Position numbers and translations under genes: made by a program | DNA from: Candidatus Eiseniibacteriota bacterium | GTDB taxonomy: Bacteria > Eisenbacteria > RBG-16-71-46 | Assembly (NCBI GenBank): GCA_044223005.1 | Contig: JBGAML010000022.1 | Span: forward strand, 3,934 to 67,933 | Length of the DNA stretch: 64,000 bases | Reading direction: 5' to 3' | In this document: piece after piece, positions 26,820-38,911 of the stretch | Layout: each line of letters opens with the position of its first letter | Numbering within the stretch: the first letter of the stretch is position 1 | The notes under the pieces: generated by a model | Told to the model about the DNA's origin: nothing | Seen by the model: the letters and a program-made list of their open reading frames with translations, nothing else | The model's database searches: none

Positions 26820-28664
26820 ATGAGCGAACTCGTCACGATCGTCGACCCGGCCGCTCCGGTGCACGCCCTCCTCAACGGCGTGGCCGTCGAGTCGCACGCC
26901 GGCGAGACCATTCTGCAGTGCGCGCGCCGGTACGGCGTGCACATCCCCACGCTGTGCGAGATGGACGACATCGACCATGCGCCCGGCACCTGCCGCGTCT
27001 GCCTCGTCGAGGCCGACATCCCGGGCCGCGACGCCACGCTGGTCGTCACCGCGTGCAACACGCCCATGCAGGAGGGCATGGCGATCCACACGCGCACGCG
27101 CAAGGTGCGCGAGATGCAGCGGCTGCAGGTCGAGCTGCTGCTCGCGGACCACGACCAGGACTGCGCCACCTGCATCCGCCACGGCAACTGCGAGCTGCAG
27201 GACGTCGCGCAGTTCGTGGGCCTGCGCACGAACCGCTTCTTCGACGAGGCCCGCGTGGCCGCGCGCCCCGTCGACCGCTCCTCCCCCGCGCTGATCCGCG
27301 ACATGAGCAAGTGCATCCGCTGCCAGCGCTGCATCGCGATCTGCCGCGACGGTCAGGGCGTGGACGCGCTCGTCGTCGCGGGCACGGGCCAGGACACCTC
27401 GGTGGGCCTGCGCTACGGGCTCTCGCAGGCCGACTCGACCTGCGTCACCTGCGGCCAGTGCGTGCTCGTCTGCCCGACCGGCGCGCTCGGCGAGCGCGAC
27501 GAGGTCGAGCGCGTGATCGAGTACCTCAACGATCCGTCCGTGGTCACGGTGTTCCAGTTCGCCCCGGCGCTGCGGGTGGGCTTCGGCGAAGAGTTCGGCA
27601 TGACGCCGGGCACCAACGTCGAGGGCCACATCATCGCCGCGCTGCGGCGGCTGGGCGCCGACATCGTGCTCGACACGAACTTCGCCGCCGACGTCGTGAT
27701 CATGGAGGAAGGAACCGAGCTCCTGCGGCGGCTGAACGAAGGGCACCGGCCCACGTTCACGTCGTGCTGCCCGGCGTGGATCAACTTCGCCGAACGCCAC
27801 TATCCGCAGATCCTGCCGATGCTGTCGTCGACCAAGTCGCCGCAGCAGACGCTCGGGATCATCGCCAAGACCTACCTGCCCGAGAAGATGGGCATCGACC
27901 CCGCGAACGTGCGGGTGATCTCGCTGATGCCCTGCACGGCCAAGAAGGACGAGGCCGTCCGGCCCGCGCTCCAGCACGGCAAGGTGCCCGAGGTCGACGT
28001 CGTGCTCACGACGCGCGAGTTCGTGCGGCTGCTGCGGCGCGAGGGCATCGACCTGCGGGCGCTGGAGCCGTCGACGTTCGACAACCCGTACATGAGCGAC
28101 TACTCGGGCGCCGGCGTCATCTTCGGCACCACGGGCGGCGTCATGGAGGCGGCAGTGCGCACCATGTACCACGCCGTCAACGGACGCGAGCTCGAGCACG
28201 TGGAGCTCGAGCAGCTGCGCGGCTTCGACGGCGTGCGCACGGCGACCGTGGACCTGGGCGGCGCGATCGGCGCCGTGAAGGTGGCCATGTGCCACGGCCT
28301 CAAGCCCACGCGCCAGATCGTGGAGGCCGTGCTCGCGGGCGAGGCCGATCTCGACTTCATCGAGATCATGGCCTGTCCCGGCGGCTGCGTGGACGGCGGC
28401 GGCACGCTGCGGTCCAAGAAGGCGTACCTGCCTCACGCCATGAAGCGCCGCGAGACGCTGTTCGGCATCGACCGGGCGCGGACCGTGCGCCAATCGCACA
28501 ACAACCCGCAGGTACAGAAGCTCTACCGCGACTACCTCGAGCGGCCGTACTCCGAGAAGGCGCACTACCTGCTGCACACGTACTACGCGGACCGCCACGT
28601 CGAGATGAACCGCACCGTGAACCAGATCTGGAACGAGATCACGATGAGCACGATGGTGTACTGA
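26820..28664 (+). CDS. hydA: [FeFe]-hydrogenase catalytic subunit (group A2-like, GltD-linked)
   Basis: Full accessory Fe-S set; H-cluster FTSCCPAW, MPCTAKKDE, EIMACPGGCVDGGG; 3 bp after the GltD-like gene. Confidence 0.93.
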   Translation: MSELVTIVDPAAPVHALLNGVAVESHAGETILQCARRYGVHIPTLCEMDDIDHAPGTCRVCLVEADIPGRDATLVVTACNTPMQEGMAIHTRTRKVREMQRLQVELLLADHDQDCATCIRHGNCELQDVAQFVGLRTNRFFDEARVAARPVDRSSPALIRDMSKCIRCQRCIAICRDGQGVDALVVAGTGQDTSVGLRYGLSQADSTCVTCGQCVLVCPTGALGERDEVERVIEYLNDPSVVTVFQFAPALRVGFGEEFGMTPGTNVEGHIIAALRRLGADIVLDTNFAADVVIMEEGTELLRRLNEGHRPTFTSCCPAWINFAERHYPQILPMLSSTKSPQQTLGIIAKTYLPEKMGIDPANVRVISLMPCTAKKDEAVRPALQHGKVPEVDVVLTTREFVRLLRREGIDLRALEPSTFDNPYMSDYSGAGVIFGTTGGVMEAAVRTMYHAVNGRELEHVELEQLRGFDGVRTATVDLGGAIGAVKVAMCHGLKPTRQIVEAVLAGEADLDFIEIMACPGGCVDGGGTLRSKKAYLPHAMKRRETLFGIDRARTVRQSHNNPQVQKLYRDYLERPYSEKAHYLLHTYYADRHVEMNRTVNQIWNEITMSTMVY

Positions 28665-28753
28665 CCGCGGTCTCCCCCGACGCCGGCATCCCCCGCGGCG
28701 TCCGCGGCGCCCGTTCGCTCCGGCGAGCGGGCGTTCGCGTCTCCGGCCGCGTC

Positions 28754-29062
28754 TCAGTCCGCGAGCCGCAGCCGCACGAGCGTCGCGCCCCAGTGCCCGC
28801 GTCCGGCCGGTGCGTCGGCGTACGACTCCACCTCCGGGTGCGCCGCGAGCAGCGAACGCACGCGCTCGCGCTGGACGCCGATCCCCTTGCCGTGGATCAG
28901 CCGTACCTCGCGGAAGCCCGCCGCGCGCGCCGCGTCGAGGTAGTCGCGCACGACGTCCGGCACGTCGCGCGGCCGGAACGAGTGCAGGTCGAGCGCGTCC
29001 TCGATCGGGAGCTCGTGCGGGGCGCCGCCGTCGTCCCTTTCGTCCTCGGGGTCGCCGCTCAC
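28754..29062 (-). CDS. Smr/MutS2-domain small protein
   Basis: LDLHSF...RLIHGKGIG...GHWGATLV. Confidence 0.9.
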   Translation of the reverse strand: MSGDPEDERDDGGAPHELPIEDALDLHSFRPRDVPDVVRDYLDAARAAGFREVRLIHGKGIGVQRERVRSLLAAHPEVESYADAPAGRGHWGATLVRLRLAD

Positions 29063-29066
29063 GGCC

Positions 29067-30650
29067 TCACCAGTCCACGGGGCGATAGTCCTTCAGGAAC
29101 TTGCCCCACAGGTGCTCACCGGTGTTGCAGCCCGCGATGATCGGGTCGACGATCCGCGCCGCGCCGTCGACGATGTCGAGCGGCGGGTGAAAGCGGTGTT
29201 CGAGCCGCTTGCGCTCCGCGATCTCGGCCGGGTCCTCGTCGGTCACCCAGCCCGTGTCGACGGCGTTCATGTGGATGCCGTCGCGCACGTAGTCGGCCGC
29301 GGCCGTGCGCGTCATCATGTTGAGCGACGCCTTGGCCATGTTGGTGTGCGGGTGCCGCGTCGTCTTGGTGCGCCGGTAGAACTGGCCCTCGACGGCGGAC
29401 ACGTTGACCACGTGCTTGTCGCGCTCCGGAGTGCGCAGCATGAGCGGCTTGAGCCGCGCGTTCAGCACGAACGGCGCGACCGCGTTCACGAGGTGCACCT
29501 CGAGCAGCTCCACGGTGGGCACCTCGGCCATGTGCATCCGCCACGAATTGCGGTCGCGCAGGTCCACCTGCTGCAGGTCCTGGTCGAGCCGGCCCTGCGG
29601 GAACAGGTGCTTCTGCGCCTCGCGCTCCTCCTCGAGCAACCGCAGCTGCGAGAGTTCGGCGGCGTGCGTGAGTCCGGCGAGTTCGGGGAGCGACGGCAGC
29701 GCCGGGGCCTCGCCCGTGCCCCCTTCCGGCAGCAGGTGGTAGCCGCGCAGGCCCGCCCAGCGGCCCAGCACGCGCTGCACCTCCGGCGCCGCGTCGCGCA
29801 GCGCGCCCGTCTCGCCCTCCATCATGTGGGCGTAGAACTCCGGCGGCCGCCGCACGGTCTGGCACGCGTTGTTGACGATGAAATCGAGCCGCGGCTGGGT
29901 CTCGAGCAGCAGCCGGCAGAACGCCTCGACGCTCGGCGTGTGCCGCAGGTCGAGCCCGTAGATCTCGAGCCGGTCCGCCCACTCGGCGAAGTCGGGCTCG
30001 CCCGCGTACCGCGCGGCCGCGTCGCGCGGGAAGCGCGTGCTCACGATCAGCTTCGCGCCGCAGCGCAGGAGCTTCAAGCCCGCCTGGTAGCCGATCTTGA
30101 CCCGCGCTCCGGTCACGAGCGCCACGCGGCCGCGCAGGTCCGCGAGCTCGGTGCGCTTGGCGTAGTTGAACGCCGCGCACTCCGGGCACATCTGGTCGTA
30201 GAAGTGGTGCACCTCGGTGTAGTCGCGCTTGCAGACGTAGCAGTTCTGTTCGCGGACGGCCTCGCCCGCCGAGTCGGGCGCGTCGTCCACATCCACCGTG
30301 CGCTCGCCCTCCAGCGACGCCGGCGACGGCAGGAGCGTCACGGTCGGGAACACGGGCGCCCGCCGCAGCTCGCGGATGCCGGTGGATTCCAGCATGCGCT
30401 CGTCGCGCGCGATCCGGCCCTGGCGGCGGAGCTTGAGCGTCTCCTTCACCAGGTTGCGCCGGGCGGCCGGATCGGGGTGGTACACCTCGCCGGCGGCGCG
30501 GATCAGGCGCTGGCGCTCGTCGGCGCTGAGGTGCGCGAGGGTGCGGCGGTTGCGGGCGGCGAGCTCGAGCGCCTCGGTCGCGGCCAGCAGCCGCGCCCGC
30601 AGCGCCTCGTCGCGAGGTTCGTCGGGGGTCGCATCCTTCAGGGTGGTCAT
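29067..30650 (-). CDS. Extended short-chain dehydrogenase/reductase
   Basis: ALVTGARVKIG, VNNACQT, VNVSAVEG, HPHTNMAKA, AVDTGWV; N-terminal CYVC...CPEC. Confidence 0.85.
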   Translation of the reverse strand: MTTLKDATPDEPRDEALRARLLAATEALELAARNRRTLAHLSADERQRLIRAAGEVYHPDPAARRNLVKETLKLRRQGRIARDERMLESTGIRELRRAPVFPTVTLLPSPASLEGERTVDVDDAPDSAGEAVREQNCYVCKRDYTEVHHFYDQMCPECAAFNYAKRTELADLRGRVALVTGARVKIGYQAGLKLLRCGAKLIVSTRFPRDAAARYAGEPDFAEWADRLEIYGLDLRHTPSVEAFCRLLLETQPRLDFIVNNACQTVRRPPEFYAHMMEGETGALRDAAPEVQRVLGRWAGLRGYHLLPEGGTGEAPALPSLPELAGLTHAAELSQLRLLEEEREAQKHLFPQGRLDQDLQQVDLRDRNSWRMHMAEVPTVELLEVHLVNAVAPFVLNARLKPLMLRTPERDKHVVNVSAVEGQFYRRTKTTRHPHTNMAKASLNMMTRTAAADYVRDGIHMNAVDTGWVTDEDPAEIAERKRLEHRFHPPLDIVDGAARIVDPIIAGCNTGEHLWGKFLKDYRPVDW

Positions 30651-30707
30651 GCGGGAAGCGTAAACGACCGGGGCGCCCGGCGCACCGTGCCCGGCGACGG
30701 CCCGGGG

Positions 30708-31199
30708 TCAGCCGCCGGTCTCTTCGAACCGGCCCGTCGCGCGATTCTTGCGCACGTTGTTCCAGTGGAACGCGCGGCCGTTCATGGCCACGTAGACGCC
30801 GTGCGGGAGCGACTGGGCGAAGGCGAGTGCACTGCCGAGGTTGAAGAGCCCGTCGGAGCTGCCGAACGTGTACGGCACCATCGCACCCGTGAGCACGATC
30901 GTCTGGTTCTTCACGCGCTCGCCGAGGAACCGGGCCGTGTCGGTCATGGTGTCCGTGCCGTGCGTGATCACCACCCGATCCTCGCCCGCGTCGGAGCAGC
31001 TTTTCAGGATCAGCTCGCGATCGACGTCGGTCATCTCGGTGCTGTCGATCATCATCAGCACCCGGACGTCGAGCTCGAGTTGGCTGCGCCCCAGCTTGAG
31101 CATCTCGCGCAGGTGGGTGTCCTTGAAGAACAGCGAGCCCGAGAGCTCGTTGTATTCCTTGTCGAACGTGCCGCCGGTGACCAGGACGCGGATCTTCAC
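30708..31199 (-). CDS. Short single-domain L-asparaginase
   Basis: VTGGTFDK, IDS, HGTDTM, VLTGAMVP, SDGLFNL; 163 aa. Confidence 0.88.
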   Translation of the reverse strand: MKIRVLVTGGTFDKEYNELSGSLFFKDTHLREMLKLGRSQLELDVRVLMMIDSTEMTDVDRELILKSCSDAGEDRVVITHGTDTMTDTARFLGERVKNQTIVLTGAMVPYTFGSSDGLFNLGSALAFAQSLPHGVYVAMNGRAFHWNNVRKNRATGRFEETGG

Positions 31200-31443
31200 G
31201 TCAGCGTTCCTCCCATGCTGGACTTCTCGGCGAACCGGGCGGTGGTGTCAAGCCCGCCGGCCTCGCGCCGGGAATCGCCCCCGGCGCAGGCGCCGGCGCC
31301 GAGGGCCCGGGGCCCGGGAGGCTCGCCCCGGAGCCCCGGGAGCACGTCGCAATGCCCCCTCCCCCCGGGAATCGGCGTGCGCGTGCGTTTTGTCCCCCTG
31401 GCGACGTTATGGATTTGATCGTCCAACCTCGGGAGACCCCACC

Positions 31444-33099
31444 ATGCGCCACCCCGGCCTTCTCCTCGCCGTATCGCTTCTCGCCGCCACGCTCTCGCCC
31501 CGGACCGCCCGGGCCCAGTGGTCGGCGACCACCACCGTCGACAACATGGTCTGCAACGCCCTTGGCGCCCAGACCGCCCCGGCGATCGTCCCCGACGGCT
31601 CCGGTGGCTTCATCGCGGCATGGATCGACCGCCGGATCGGTACCCGGTACGACATCTACGCCCAGCGTTTCGACGCGGACGGATACGCCCAGTGGGCGGC
31701 GAACGGCATCCTCGCGGACACGACGACCGGCAGCCTGGCGAAGATCGTCGCCTGCCCCGACGATTCGGGCGGCGTGATCCTCGCCTGGTATCGCACTTCC
31801 GGCACGACGACGAACCGGATCATGGCTCAGCGCATCGACCGCTTCGGGCAGGCGCGCTGGGGCATCGGCGGCGTGCGCATCAGCCTCGCCGAGGTGTCGC
31901 AGCAACTCCCGAACATCGTCCGCGACCAGTCTGGCGGCGGCATCGTCGTCTACACGCACAACGGCGGCACGATCGCGGCGAACGTCTACGGCCAGCGACT
32001 CGACCGCAACGGCGCGCGACTGTGGGGCGCAAGCGGCGATTCGCTCGCCGAGCGTGGGGAGATCCGCACACTCGTCGCGGCGGAACGTCCGGGCGGCGGC
32101 GTGTACTTCGGGTTCTGGCGCACGTACGGCGTGATCAGCGCATTCGGGGTGGACGGCAACGCGAACAGCCTGTGGGCGCACTGGGACTCCATCACGACGG
32201 TCCCGATGGCGACGTCTCCCCCGGGGATCGGCGTCACCACCACCACCGACGGCGCGGTCTTCTGGAGCGGTGACGGCACCAAGCTGGTGGCGCGCAAGTT
32301 CGGCGACAACGGCGCGGTGTGGTCCTCGTCGCGCTGGGTCGCCACGCACGCGTACGGCAAGTCCGTGCCGCAGATCTGCTCCGACAACGCCGGCGGCGCG
32401 ATCCTCGCGTGGCGGGACGGACAGCCCGCCGCCGTCTTCACGGCATACCTGCAGCGCATGCTCGCCGACGGCACGCCCGCGTGGGGCGTGAACGGCGTCC
32501 CGGCGGGCACGACGATCTGGTTGAACGGCGGTGGCCTCGAGATCTGCCCCGACGACGCCAACGGTGCGTGGATCGTGACGAGCGGCTACCCCGGCATCTG
32601 GGCGCAGCATTTCAGCGGCGCCGGCGTGCCGTGGCTGCCGGCGGGTGGCGTCGGCGTCTCCGAGACCCAGATGAGCATGAGCTACAACGGCGGCGAACTC
32701 CTGCCCGGCAAGGACGCGAGCCACACGCTGGTCTGGCAGGACCCGGGCGTCCCCACGACGAGCATCGACATCCGCGCGCGCCACTTCTCGGCGTTCGGCA
32801 CCCCGGGCACGACGGACGCCGCGCCGCCGGCCGCACCCGCGACGCTCGCACTGGCCGTGGGCCCCAACCCCGCGGGCGGCCGCACGACGCTGCGATTCAC
32901 GCTGCCGCAGGCGGACGACGTGACGCTGGAGGTCTTCGGGCTGCGCGGCGAACGCGTCGCGACGCTGGCGCAGGGCGCGCTGCCCCCGGGCGCGCACGCG
33001 CGCGACCTGGCGCTGGACGGCCTCGCGCCGGGCGTCTACCTCGCTCGGCTCGTCACCGCGCGCGGCACCGCGACCGCGCGTATCGCGCACGTGCGGTGA
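31444..33099 (+). CDS. Secreted beta-propeller-like repeat protein with FlgD/T9SS-like C-terminal domain
   Basis: ATG 31444 after GGGAG; signal peptide ending ARA-Q; repeated DGSGGxIxAW...IYAQRxDxxG units; tail GPNP...GERVATL...GVYLARL. Confidence 0.8.
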   Translation: MRHPGLLLAVSLLAATLSPRTARAQWSATTTVDNMVCNALGAQTAPAIVPDGSGGFIAAWIDRRIGTRYDIYAQRFDADGYAQWAANGILADTTTGSLAKIVACPDDSGGVILAWYRTSGTTTNRIMAQRIDRFGQARWGIGGVRISLAEVSQQLPNIVRDQSGGGIVVYTHNGGTIAANVYGQRLDRNGARLWGASGDSLAERGEIRTLVAAERPGGGVYFGFWRTYGVISAFGVDGNANSLWAHWDSITTVPMATSPPGIGVTTTTDGAVFWSGDGTKLVARKFGDNGAVWSSSRWVATHAYGKSVPQICSDNAGGAILAWRDGQPAAVFTAYLQRMLADGTPAWGVNGVPAGTTIWLNGGGLEICPDDANGAWIVTSGYPGIWAQHFSGAGVPWLPAGGVGVSETQMSMSYNGGELLPGKDASHTLVWQDPGVPTTSIDIRARHFSAFGTPGTTDAAPPAAPATLALAVGPNPAGGRTTLRFTLPQADDVTLEVFGLRGERVATLAQGALPPGAHARDLALDGLAPGVYLARLVTARGTATARIAHVR

Positions 33100-33136
33100 G
33101 TTCGCGACGCCCGACCGGCCGGTGCGTGCCGGCCGG

Positions 33137-33652
33137 TCAGGCGTCCGCGCCCGCGGGTGGCACGTCCGCGATCACTTCGAACACGCCGCAGACGACCGGC
33201 ATGTCCTCCGCCGGCTCGCGCCCGATGCGCGCGCACTCGCGCGAGAAGAACGCCCAGTGGCCACGGCGCCAGTGCTCGAGCGAGAGGTCGCCCTCGCCTT
33301 CCATCGCCGCGTACTCCGCCGTCACGTCTCGGAACGGCACCACGTCCACCGACGTGTATCGCACGAGCAGCGCGGGCTCCCACGTGTGATCGACCACGAT
33401 CTCCACCTGACCGCGTTCGGGCGGGCGCTCGCCATCGTGCTCGTACGACCATGCCAGCGCCGCGGTCGCGCGCTTGCGACCCGAGCGCACGAGACCGATG
33501 AGCTTTCGGGCCAGCTCGGCCGAGTCGCCCATCTCGCCGACGCTCACGAGCCCCGGCGGAACCTCCACGCCACGCGCGCGGATCGCGGCGAGGATCTCGG
33601 TCACGGTTGGGTGCGGCGCATGCGCCGACGAATCGCCGTCACTCGGTGCCAT
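33137..33652 (-). CDS. ASCH-domain protein
   Basis: ATG 33652 after GGAGG; LVRSGRKRATA, EGEGDLSLEHWRRGHWAFF. Confidence 0.85.
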   Translation of the reverse strand: MAPSDGDSSAHAPHPTVTEILAAIRARGVEVPPGLVSVGEMGDSAELARKLIGLVRSGRKRATAALAWSYEHDGERPPERGQVEIVVDHTWEPALLVRYTSVDVVPFRDVTAEYAAMEGEGDLSLEHWRRGHWAFFSRECARIGREPAEDMPVVCGVFEVIADVPPAGADA

Positions 33653-33711
33653 GCTTCCTCCCGATCGCCGGATCGCCTGCAGGAAGGCGCCCCCCGACGC
33701 ACGCGACGAGA

Positions 33712-34203
33712 CTACTCCCCACCGGGAACCGCGCCGTGGAACATCTGCCACTTCCACGTGTGGCCGCGCCGGATCATCGCGACCGAGAATCGGTACGGGC
33801 GGCGGGTCGCCGGCCGGCCCGGCCTCGCGTAGATCATGTTCCCGTCGACGTAGGCCCAGCCACTGGCGCCGTCGGCGCCCAGTGTCACGGCGGCGAGATC
33901 GAACGAGAACGTGAAGGGCATCGCGAAGAGGAACCGGCGGAAGGTCCGTACTCCTGCACGGCCATGGAACACCTCGCCCGAGTCCGAGCCCGCGAAGAGC
34001 ACGCGGTCGTCGTCGTCGAAGAGTGCGTCGAAGGCGACACTGTCGCGCCGCGCGCAGGCGGCGTTCAGCGAATCGAGCGTCGCGCGGATCGCGGTCGAGT
34101 CGGCGGGCGCGGTGCGGCGCGCCGCAGCGAACGCGGCGCCCGGTGCGATGAGTCCGGCGAGGATGGCAAGCAGTGCCGCCGCGCGGGTGAACGTGCGAAC
34201 CAT
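33712..34203 (-). CDS. Exported SnoaL/NTF2-like protein
   Basis: Signal peptide; AFDALF...GSDSGE...YRFSVAMIRRGHTWKWQMFHG. Confidence 0.75.
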   Translation of the reverse strand: MVRTFTRAAALLAILAGLIAPGAAFAAARRTAPADSTAIRATLDSLNAACARRDSVAFDALFDDDDRVLFAGSDSGEVFHGRAGVRTFRRFLFAMPFTFSFDLAAVTLGADGASGWAYVDGNMIYARPGRPATRRPYRFSVAMIRRGHTWKWQMFHGAVPGGE

Positions 34204-34264
34204 CGGGGGAACTCCTTTGATCCACGAGGCACGATGGCTGGCCGCGCCGGTTCGTGCGTGATGC

Positions 34265-34298
34265 GAAACGGCCCGCGCCGGGCGTCCGGCGCGGGCCG
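34265..34298 (-). terminator. Intrinsic terminator after acnA
   Basis: CGGCCCGCGCCGG-4 nt loop-CCGGCGCGGGCCG followed by TTT on the minus strand. Confidence 0.7.
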
Positions 34299-34316
34299 CT
34301 CGCGTGACGGCTCTTC

Positions 34317-37025
<2,709 letters not shown>

Positions 37026-37203
37026 GACGCGTCCTTTCCGGATGCGACGGCACACAGGGCCGTCGGGGAGAACGGTCGGCCACACAGGGGCCGAGGTGAA
37101 CGGGCTTCACTATAGAACATCGGCCCGGGAGCGGACAGGCCGGAGTGCGGCCGCGGATCTGGCCGCATCGCGGGCAGTTGCGCCGGTCGTGCAGCGCGAA
37201 TTG

Positions 37204-37237
37204 GAACGGGGCCCGGGATCCCTCCTGGGCCCCGTTC
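37204..37237 (-). terminator. Hairpin after ompW-family gene
   Basis: GAACGGGGCCCGGGA...TCCTGGGCCCCGTTC. Confidence 0.55.
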
Positions 37238-37260
37238 GCGTGCGGCCGTACGCGTGCCGA

Positions 37261-37917
37261 CTAGAAGCGGATGCCGACGCCCGCGCCGATCAGCCACGGG
37301 TCGAGCGACACGTGCGAGACCTTGCTGCCACCGATCTCGACGTCACTGTGGATGAACACCTTCTTCACGTCGATGTTGGCGTACCAGTTCTTCTGGATCG
37401 GGAAGTCCGCGCCGATCTGGCCGGCCGGCCCGACGCTGCTGCTGCTCAGGTCGAGGTCCGCGGCGCCCGGCGTCGAGTGCAGCGAGACGTTCGAGATCAG
37501 CGTCAGGTTGACGCCCGCGCCGATGTACGGCTGCACCTTGCCCGTGGGCAGGAAGCGGTACTGGAGCAGCAGCGTCGGCGGCAGGTGCTTGAACGTGCCG
37601 ATCTCCTCCTTCAGGGGACCGTTCTCGACCGTGACCGTCTGCTCCTGCGGATAGGTCAGCACGAGTTCGGCGGAGACGTTCGGCGTGAAGAAGTAGCTCA
37701 CGTTCACGTCCGGAATCACCTTGTCGTTGACGGACACGGCGTCTTCGGGCAGCAGCGTCGCGTTGAGGGCGCCGCTGCCGGCGTCGGACACGTTCGACAT
37801 CAGCAGGTCGACCGCGCGCAGCCGCACCATCCACTTGGCGTCGGCAGCCGACGCGACGGCCGCGACGGCGACGAGCGCGAGCAGCGCGAGCGACACGACC
37901 CGGGTGACTCGCTTCAT
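37261..37917 (-). CDS. ompW: OmpW-family outer-membrane protein
   Basis: ATG 37917 after GGAGG; SYFFTPNVSAEL, KHLPPTLLLQY, PYIGAG, LDPWLIGAGVGIRF. Confidence 0.9.
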   Translation of the reverse strand: MKRVTRVVSLALLALVAVAAVASAADAKWMVRLRAVDLLMSNVSDAGSGALNATLLPEDAVSVNDKVIPDVNVSYFFTPNVSAELVLTYPQEQTVTVENGPLKEEIGTFKHLPPTLLLQYRFLPTGKVQPYIGAGVNLTLISNVSLHSTPGAADLDLSSSSVGPAGQIGADFPIQKNWYANIDVKKVFIHSDVEIGGSKVSHVSLDPWLIGAGVGIRF

Positions 37918-38143
37918 GAAGCACCTCCGTGAGGGGTGAGTGTGGTGGCCGCGCGCGCGCCGCTCCGACGAGATGGCAGAATCACCTGTCAACACGACAG
38001 GCCCGGGCAAAGTCCCGGCCCCCTCGGAACGCGTCGTTGCGGCCGATCGGCGATGAATGCGGGATGGACGCGCCGGGCATTGCAGCCGCCGTGCCGCGAG
38101 TGGAGGGCACGCACGAGCGCGAAGTGGCTCCCTCGCTCGCGCG

Positions 38144-38911
38144 CTACATCAGTTCGCGCAGGCGCGCGTAGCCGCTGCGGCTCACGGGGAGTTCGCGGCC
38201 GTCGCGCAGGATCGCGACGCGGCTGTCCTTGGCGTACAGCTCGAGGCGCGCGATGCGGTCGACGGGCACCACATATGAACGGTGCACGCGCACGAAGCGC
38301 GACGGGTCGAGACCGGACGCGACCTCGGCCAGCGTCGCGTGCTTGAGCCATGTCTTCCCGCCCGCGTGCACCGCGACGTAGTCGTCCTGGGCCTCGAGCA
38401 GATCGAGCGCATCGAGCGTCACCACGTGCACGTTCGCGCCGTCGCGCACCAGCAGCCGCTCGGCGAAGCGGCCTTCCGGCCGGGCCGCGGCGGCGAGCGC
38501 CGCAGGCGACGGGACCGCGGCCGCCGGCGTCCCCGCGGCGCGCCGGCGCTCGCGGACGCGGGTGAGCGCGTCGGCGAGCCTCTCGCGCCCGAAGGGCTTG
38601 AGCAGGTAGTCGGCCGCGTTCACCTCGAATGCCTTGAGGGCGTACTCGTCGTACGCCGTGCAGAAGACGACATGCGGACGCGGCTCGAGCAGCTCGAGCA
38701 CTTCGAAGCCGTCGAGCTTGGGCATCTGGATGTCGAGGAACACGAGATCGGGCGCGTGCTCGGCGGCGGCCTTCACGGCCTCGAAGCCGTTCGCGCACTC
38801 GGCGACGATCGTCACGTCCGGATGCGACCCGAGGTACTCGCGCAGCAGCGCCCGCGCCGGGGCTTCGTCGTCCACGAGCATCGCCCGCAGGACCGTCGTC
38901 TCGCTCGTCAC
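38144..38911 (-). CDS. LytTR-family response regulator
   Basis: GTGA overlap with the kinase stop; VDDEAPAR, FLDIQMP, DYLLKPF, FVRVHRSY, PVSRS. Confidence 0.93.
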   Translation of the reverse strand: MTSETTVLRAMLVDDEAPARALLREYLGSHPDVTIVAECANGFEAVKAAAEHAPDLVFLDIQMPKLDGFEVLELLEPRPHVVFCTAYDEYALKAFEVNAADYLLKPFGRERLADALTRVRERRRAAGTPAAAVPSPAALAAAARPEGRFAERLLVRDGANVHVVTLDALDLLEAQDDYVAVHAGGKTWLKHATLAEVASGLDPSRFVRVHRSYVVPVDRIARLELYAKDSRVAILRDGRELPVSRSGYARLRELM

